Source: the human T2T-CHM13v2.0 reference genome, Homo sapiens
NCBI RefSeq assembly: GCF_009914755.1
Contig: NC_060932.1
Length of the DNA: 64,000 bases
Reading direction: 5' to 3' (one strand)
In this document: positions 56,205 to 64,000 of the stretch, piece after piece
Layout: the number at the start of each line of letters is the position of its first letter
Numbering within the stretch: position 1 is the stretch's first letter
The notes under the pieces: generated by a model
Databases searched by the model: none
Told to the model about the DNA's origin: nothing
Seen by the model: the letters and a program-made list of their open reading frames with translations, nothing else
Translations under genes and position numbers: made by a program

Positions 56205-57365
56205 TCATTTATTTAATCCATTAAACATATTTCTATAGTGCTTCCTATAAGGTAGGTACTTTTACAGGGAGTACAGATCATGCAATAAACAAACAGACAT
56301 ATTTCCCTTTTCCTTAAGAAATTTACATTCTAGTGAAAAAAAATCAGTGAGTAAACAAATCAACATATAAGGTTAAGAGGTAACATGTCTGATGAAATAA
56401 AGTAGGATAAAAATGAAAGAATTATAGGCATTATTACTTTTATAAAAGATGTCAGTGAAGACTTGTCTTATAAAATATTTAAGCAAGACTTCAAATAAAA
56501 CAAATGAGGATTCAAGTGGTTACTAGGAGGAAAGACAGCATCAACTACAGCTGCCCTAGGATGAGTTTTCTTATTAAGTCAAAACACATATAATACTCCA
56601 AAACTGAACATTTTTCACCTATCCAACCACTTGTTTCATGTGGTTCAACCTTACTTGTCAAGGAACTGTGCAGAGTCCAATGAGTGTGAACAATGGTAAA
56701 TGCAGTGTTCTGAAAGGTGTGGTTATGGACTAGACTGCTTAGCACTTTGTGAATCCTGAGAAGCATATTAGAGTTCACTCTGAAGGGGGTGGGAAGCTCT
56801 TGGAGAATTTGGGGGAGTAGAATAATGTTACATGGTTTGGATTTTAAAAAGGTCACTGAATCTATCCTGTTGAATCTAGGTAAGCAGCAGGGTAAAGGGA
56901 AAGCAAGAAGACAAATTTGTAAACTACTCCAGTAAAAATCTCTGGACTTTGGACCAGGGTAGATGCTGTAAATGTGTTGAGAAGTACTTGGATCCAAGAA
57001 ATAACTTCAGAGAAATTGTCCACAATATTTCTGGGAAGTTTAAACAGGAATGGATAAAAAACAAGGAAACCAATTATGCCTCCAAAGTCATCTGTCTAAC
57101 CAAATTGAAGAATAGAGATACTATTTACTAATGTGGGGAAAAATGCAAGAGGACCAGGTTTCATCCAGAAATTGAAATGCATGTTACGTGAATTACGTTT
57201 TAGACACATTTGATAAGTCTCTTAGTCATCTACCTAGATAGCTCAAGAAAGTATCTGAGTATAACAATATAATTCAGGGACTGTATTTGGACTAGGTATG
57301 TAAACTGGGGAAATTCACAGAATATATAATATGTTTAATAAATTTAGATGAAATCATTGAGAAAA
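56205..57365 (-). mobile_element. L2a fragment
   Basis: ATTTATTTAATCCATTAAACATATTT...TTTACATTCTAGTG...TTTTAAAAAGGTCACT...ATTTACTAATGTGGGGAA. Confidence 0.65.
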
Positions 57366-57597
57366 TAAACACATAAAATAATACTTACAACACAACCAAA
57401 AACAAATATATCTGGGCTTGGAAAACAGGAAATTCAGTGTTTGAGTTACCAGAAATAAAGGGAGAAAACAATATCATAATTCTAAGCATTATTTAGTTCT
57501 AAAGCAGCCAATTGAAGTTTCAGATCCTGATGTAGACTCTAAGAATTAAGCATTGAGGTTGTCAGCATCCACATTTGAACATTACATGAGTTCCTAG

Positions 57598-57845
57598 ACA
57601 TGTGCATTACCTCACATACTTACCATATTTTATGGTGGGAAATCTTAAAATCTGCTCTCAGGACTTTCAAATATACAATATATTGTTAGTTAAAATCATA
57701 GAAATAAAGTAGAATGGTGGATACCAGACACTAGGTGTGGGGAGATGGAATAGATGTTGATCAAAGGACACAAAATTTCAGTTAGACAGAAGGAATGAGT
57801 TCAAGAGACCTATTGTACACACATTATGGAGACTACAGTTGATAA
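57598..57845 (-). mobile_element. L1MA 3' UTR with inverted 5' portion (57694-57845)
   Basis: CATTACCTCACATACTTA...ATTGTTAGTTAA (minus) joined to AGAATGGTGGATACCAG...TTTCAGTTAGACAG...GACTACAGTT (plus). Confidence 0.75.
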
Positions 57846-59327
57846 ACAGGCTTTTAATAAATGAGTTAATAATACTTTCTGACTCATGCTAGAATGGCCA
57901 AAGGTTTTTTTTTTTCATTTTTTTCCCTTGAATTCACTGAAATGTTTTATCAGCTATTTATCACAATCAAGTAACGACTTAAAGGAATGAATGATAGATT
58001 ATGTGAGTAAAAACTTTAGCACTAAGGTTAAGTTCTACTTATTGCTACAACAAAACAAAGCAAAACCAAACAACATTCATTGTCACATTTATTTTCAAAA
58101 AATTTATTAACAAAAATAGTTATCATTTTTCTACATAATTATTAGGATAGGAACTTAGTGCTCTATCCATTTTCTATCTGAAATCTAGAGGATTCTTATT
58201 CTATTTTCTGAAAATTAAGTTTCTGACATTGCCTGATTAGATTATTACATTTCACTATGCAGGCGTCTAAATGTTATTGTCTCATGTTGCCCCATCAACT
58301 ATAGATTATATGTAATCTAGATTATACCAGATTATAAATCTACTTTAACAGATAATCCTGCTATCTCCAAGCAATATCGTATATGCCTATAAAACAGCAG
58401 AGTACAATCTTTCTTCATAGGTTCTGCCGCATTTGCTATTTCCAGTCTTAGACAATGCCGCATATTTCACTGACAATTCCATGCTACAGATTTTTGCCCC
58501 TCACCCACAGGTTGCTACCAATGCATAATACTAGGTTTTGGAGAAAAAAAAATAAACAAAACTACTTACTCTCTAATTTTCCAAACCTAACTGCACACAC
58601 ACACACAAAACCTACAGAACTCATGAAACTATTTTCCAGATTTAATAATTCAATAAAAAAACTAATGAAAACAGAAAAACTTCAAAGTGCAGAACATGGC
58701 TTTTCATAGAGCCTCTTGCACTGATCCTACCCTGTGGGTTCCATTATGTTGCCTTTGCTTTTAAACATAACTGTGTTCATATCCACCTCTTAGCCTGTAT
58801 TGTTGTAAAAGTAACTAATTTTCTCTGACATCCCAATCTCCATTGTTGAGTTTTCAACAACTCTTAGTAGAATACTAATAATAGCCACATTTTTGTGTTG
58901 CCAGAGTGAATCCAATTCTATTTAGTGATTCTTTCTCAAGCATCAGAGAAAGATCATGTCCTGCCTTTTGTTGCCATAGCTGTATGTTAAATAAGTAAAT
59001 ACGAAGGTGTGAACTTAAACACTTCACCAAGAATAAACAATTATATACTGCGTATCATTGTGTGAGTCTACACATACAGACACATATATAAATTTAACAT
59101 ATATACATATATTCTATATATAATAGAAAAAATTCTACAGAAAGAAATCATTTGTAGTTTTAATTTTTATGATATACGTGGTATTTGCAATAATGACACA
59201 GAGAAATTTTTCCCTTCAAAGGCAGTATCCTATATAATTTTTTACACCTTGGTTAACTTATTCACTTCACTTCATAGCCCTTTAGGTATCAAGTTGTGAT
59301 ACCTACTTTCCAGTTTTGTAACATCTC

Positions 59328-59655
<328 letters not shown>

Positions 59656-59757
59656 TTATTCCCATCAAAGTTTCAAAGATCATAAGTCCAAGTTGCTCAG
59701 TTACAAGTACCACATCATTCTTTTACCTCTGCTGTCTCTAAAAAAATTTCAGCAGTC

Positions 59758-60062
59758 GGCCGGGAGCGGTGGCTCATGCCTGTAATACCAGCACTTTGGG
59801 AGGCCAAGGTGGGCGGATCACAAGGTAAGGAGATCCAGACCATCTTGGCTAACACGGTGAAACCCTGTCTCTACTAAAAAAAGAATACAAAAAATTAGCC
59901 GGGCGTCGTGGCGGAAGCCTGTGTAGTCCCAGCTACTCGGGAGGCTGAGGCAGGAGGATGGCTGAACCCAGGAGGCGGAGCTTGCAGTGAGCCGAGATTG
60001 AGCCACTGCGCTCCAGCCTGGGCAACAGCGGGAGACTCCGACTCAAAAAAATAATAATAATA
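59758..60062 (+). mobile_element. Full-length AluY/Sc-like
   Basis: Both arms, (AAT)n tail, TSD AAAATT(T)CAGCAGTC. Confidence 0.96.
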
Positions 60063-60299
60063 AAATTCAGCAGTCACATGATCTAGGTATATTTGATCAA
60101 CTCTGCTATTTATTCCTTCCTCTCATATTTTTTTATTCAGGGCCCTCACAAGTGGATTTACTTGTGAGGTTAATAATTAAGCTTTCTTCCAAGCACCAAC
60201 TAGTGTTGTCTTAAGCTTGGTGAGAAAACTCTGATTTATACAGTATTTTAATTATTTTTGAAATACTATTTTCTTTCTATCTTAATTAATGAAGTCAAT

Positions 60300-60540
60300 G
60301 GCCAAGCCTTTAAGTCTGTGGAGTCAGAACAGCTGGCTTGAATTCTTTCTAGGGAGGGATAATTATGGGATTTGGGACAAGTTACCTGACTTACGTCTGT
60401 CCTGATTTCATCATCTGTAAAGCAACCATAAAAAGGACACCTATCTCAAACTTTTGTCATAAATAATAAATGAGGCAATGCATATGAAAGGCTTAAAATG
60501 ACCTGGCATGGAATTAGTATTCAATCATTTTTTATTACTT
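60300..60540 (+). mobile_element. MIR
   Basis: TTTGGGACAAGTTACCTGAC...ATTTCATCATCTGTAAA...AAATGAGGCAATGCATATGAAAG. Confidence 0.7.
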
Positions 60541-60664
60541 TGATGATATTATATAAAAAAATCACCAATCACTGGTTAGACCTTCATAAATAGCTCTTAC
60601 AATCCTATGTATACCAATCAGGGAGAGGCACATATTGGACATATAATAGGAAGGTTTTTAAATA

Positions 60665-60710
60665 TTAGGTTGAGGAAAAAGTAATTGCAGTTTTTGCCGT
60701 TACTTTTAAT
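60665..60710. mobile_element. MADE1 (Hsmar1 MITE) half element
   Basis: TA + TTAGGTTGAGGAAAAAGTAATTGCAGTTTTTGCCGTTACTTTTAAT matches one Hsmar1 TIR arm and spacer; the second arm is absent or decayed. Confidence 0.8.
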
Positions 60711-61469
60711 ACTAGAAAGCACAAATTTATTTGCTTAGAGATTTTTCAAAAATGAATCATTAGTACAATGCAGCTACAGTTTGAAGGTTTTTGTATACAA
60801 TAATGAAGACTTTTTTCACTTTCATTTACTGCAAATGAGATACACTGATAGATTTCCCTTTGTGTGTCAAAAGAAAGCCTCTCAGATACTTACTGAACAC
60901 ATTTAATGTGGCTTTAAAATTAAAGTAGAAAAAATAAATATTTTAACTTCAAGATAGATACTTCAAATATTTATCCTAGGAAACTAAGCCTTGTAAAATT
61001 AGATGTGTTATTATCTTGGCAGTAAGCATTAGCAAACACTTTAGATTCCACTAGAATCAACCATCTTTCAATATATTAAAATTGTGTTGGGTCCTAAATG
61101 TCTTTGTCCTAAAAAGTATAATAAGCACATTAAGTCAATTTTGAATTTAATTGAATTCTTGCTACTTATTAAAATACCACAAATAATAAGTACTTTTGTG
61201 GATTTCTAAATATGCATATGCTACTGATGTCATAAAAATTGTAAAGGAAAAATATACAATATTCTGGTAAAAGGAAGACAGATGAATCTTATAATTAATT
61301 TAATTGATTAATGTATTTATAAACAGAACTTATCCATCACATTAAACCATATTAAAACATCAAATAAATAAATTGCAGTATAAATATACATAGTTAACAA
61401 TTAAGTTATTTCATATTACTACAACAAACATTTGTGTTAATAAATAGTCTTTATTATGTTTATTATTAT

Positions 61470-61797
61470 GTTTTCTTTTTCCTTTTCTTTTTTTTTTTTT
61501 TGTTTTTTTGTTTTTTGAAACAGGGTCTCATTCTGTGGCCCAGGCTACAGTGCAAGGGCACAATCTTGACTCACTGCAGCCTCCACCTCCTGGGCTCAAG
61601 CAATCCTCCCAACTCAGCCTCTGCAGTAGCTGGGTCTACAGGCTCAGGCTACCAAGCCCAACTAATTTTTGTATTTTTTGTAAAGACAGTGCTTTGCCAA
61701 GTTACCCAGGCCGGTTTTGAACTCCTGAGCTCAAGCAATCTGCCCGCCTTGGCTTCCCAAAATGCTGGGGTTACAGGTGTGAGCAACCACTCTCGGA
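61470..61797 (-). mobile_element. AluJ
   Basis: CAGGGTCTCA...CTCACTGCAGCCTC...CTGGGCTCAAGCAATCCTCC, AluJ-type diagnostics. Confidence 0.92.
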
Positions 61798-62100
61798 TGG
61801 TAGTAAATATTCTTATCTCAATTTGTATATTAGAAAATTGAAACTTGATTAATTCGAAATGGATAGTAAGCGGTAGAGGAAGATTAAAATCCAGATCTGT
61901 AGGACTCCAGATTGAAATTGTCTCTACAAGCTGACATGCCTCCTCATCACTCACGATGCTAAAGTAACTAAAACTGATGATATTTAGTTATTTTAGTTTC
62001 CTGAGAAAGTTTCAAATAAAATGGTTTATGGTAACTTATTTTCCCTAGTAAATATGATTACAGTATAATTCAAATGTTTTGTAAATCCCCAAAACAGACT

Positions 62101-62763
62101 TGTTAGATAGTTAGACAGACATTAGCAGCTGGAAGGGGATGAAAGGAGAGAGCAGAACGGCTGTCACTAAGACAGCTCCTGGCCCGCCTAAGCCCTAAGA
62201 CCACCCTAACTCCACCCTAACAGATGGAATTAGTGGTAAAGTCTATGGCCAGCACATCCTGGAGAAGGAGGAACTAGGACAGAGGTGAAAATCTCCTAAA
62301 GTGACATATGCACAGTAACACAAAGCTGTGTCCTCAGGTTAACCCTGAGATTATTATACAGTCATTATAATAGAAGCCACATGTGGTTTTATCCTCCCCC
62401 CACCCCCTGAGCTTTTCTGTATGAATTATGGGTAGGTACATGCACAGTTGAATTTTAGTTATACAACCATAAATTGCAAATCAAATGACATTATCCCATC
62501 ACTCAGACACAGCCCAAACTTCAACTCCTCCTCCCTACAAACCTCGTAAAAGCACCTTGAGCTCTGTAAAGGGGGCCTAATTTCATTTCGCAGAAGTCAA
62601 CCCACTCTCTCTGAGAGTGTAAACTTGGCTTTGTATTTGCATTTTGGTATTAGTTTGCAATTCTTTGCTCATTATTACAAAAACTGAGATTGCTGGTCCA
62701 GAGCTCCAACTCTATGATTTCCTCAGTTAAAGGATCCATGCCGATGCAGAATTTCTGGTAACA
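62101..62763 (+). mobile_element. ERV1 solo LTR (MER50/MER87-group-like; family uncertain)
   Basis: TGTTA...TAACA inverted termini and perfect 4-bp TSD GACT (62097-62100 and 62764-62767). Confidence 0.8.
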
Positions 62764-63640
62764 GACTCACCATAAATTCAGAAAATTAAGTGCTGTAAGG
62801 AGAACTCAAAAGGGAAGCCAATCAACACCCTGAATGTATCTGATATGTAGACATAACTGATTTCATACCAGATTTGGGTTGGAACTTTCTAACATTAGGA
62901 TAAAAATGCCTGGGCTTTCTGATTTATCGTTCTCCATTCTGAGAATGAAAGAAAAAGATAGACAAGAAAATAAAAACTAAAATGACTTATATTTTTATAT
63001 ACACTCAATTTCAAAAGTTTATAGTAAACAAATATATTAAAATATTCAAATATAGAAACAGATGAAGAGAGAACTGAGATACTTTGTTCGTAATCACAAA
63101 CATTATTTTAAAGCTGCCCTGTTCACAAGCATAAAAATTATTTTAAGATCTTTCTAAGTGTATTAATAAATTATAATTTCAGAGCACCTCTCTGCAAGAA
63201 AAATAAATGATGTCACACTAATCCATTTCTATTTTAATAGATTTGCTATTCTGGAAAGCGTCATAGTCATAACATATACTAATATCGATTAAAATACAAT
63301 GGTAAAACTGTTATGAACATTGTTAAAATAAAGAGAACATGATGGCTATTATTGCAGTCTTATAGGTTTGTCTAATATTTTTCTTATACACTTCAATAGT
63401 AAGTAAAAATAGGATAAGCATGAAAAAGAATAAAAATAATTCTAAATAAAGAAAAATGTATTAAATATTAAAACAGTGGAAATATTTAACAATTTCTGAT
63501 TCGAGTTTTTAGATTGAAACAATTCCCTACAGTCCTACTTTCTCTGACTCTCATTGAAATAAATATATTTCTTTTGTAAAACATTAAACTCATAACAATA
63601 CAAAAATAAAATGTGAGTATAGCAACGGAACTAAGATTTA

Positions 63641-64000
63641 ACCATTGTGGAAGACAGTGTGGCCATTCCTCAGGGATCTAGAACCAGAAATACCATTTGA
63701 CCCAGCCATCCCATTACTGGGTATATACCTAAAGGATTATAAATCATGCTGCTATAAAGACACATGCACACGTATGATTATTGCGGCACTATTCACAATA
63801 GCAAAGACTTGGAACCAACCCAAATGTCCATCAGTGATAGACTGGATTAAGAAAATGTGGCACATATACACCATGGAATACTATGCAGCCATAAAAAGGA
63901 TGAGTTCATGTCCTTTGTAGGGACATGGATGAAGCTGGAAACCATCATTCTCAGCAAACTATGGCAAGGACAAAAAACCAAATACCGCATGTTCTCACTC
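63641..64000 (+). mobile_element. 5'-truncated L1PA 3' fragment, runs off the window
   Basis: ORF2 C-terminal peptide [25 protein letters not shown]...WHIYTMEYYAAIK. Confidence 0.95.

Noticed and set aside
58300-58342. Short TAGATTA hairpin/repeat cluster, and similar micro-duplications at about 6445, 6925, 16305 and 35520
   Set aside because: Too short and AT-rich to distinguish from routine slippage.

Overview
This is primate, most likely human, AT-rich genomic DNA. I can support no intact protein-coding gene, CRISPR array or prokaryotic system. Most of the window is transposable-element relics: about 14 Alu/FAM/FLAM copies, young and old LINE-1 (including a 4.2 kb 5'-truncated L1PA3-like copy with a 19-bp TSD and a broken ORF2), L2/MIR, about 14 LTR elements (LTR12 x2, THE1 x2, MST x2, MLT1/MLT2, LTR9-like, MER52/LTR27-like, LTR28/LTR1-like, LTR16, MER50-group-like) and the DNA-transposon MITEs MER2, MER44 and MADE1. 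Two cellular-RNA retrocopies are present: a processed H2A.Z.1 (H2AZ1) pseudogene (about 29963-30703, minus) and a 3'-truncated initiator tRNA-Met copy (16996-17048). The most unusual structures are a THE1 LTR with a PPT stub inside a 72-bp direct duplication, an L1/H2AZ1 fusion junction, a four-level nested TE stack carrying a perfect CpG-rich 16-mer minisatellite, and an AT-rich multi-arm fold-back. Repeat names come from recalled consensus sequences, not a RepeatMasker run, so subfamily labels are provisional. I did not find a convincing new biological system; the findings are mostly footprints of insertion and repair mechanisms.
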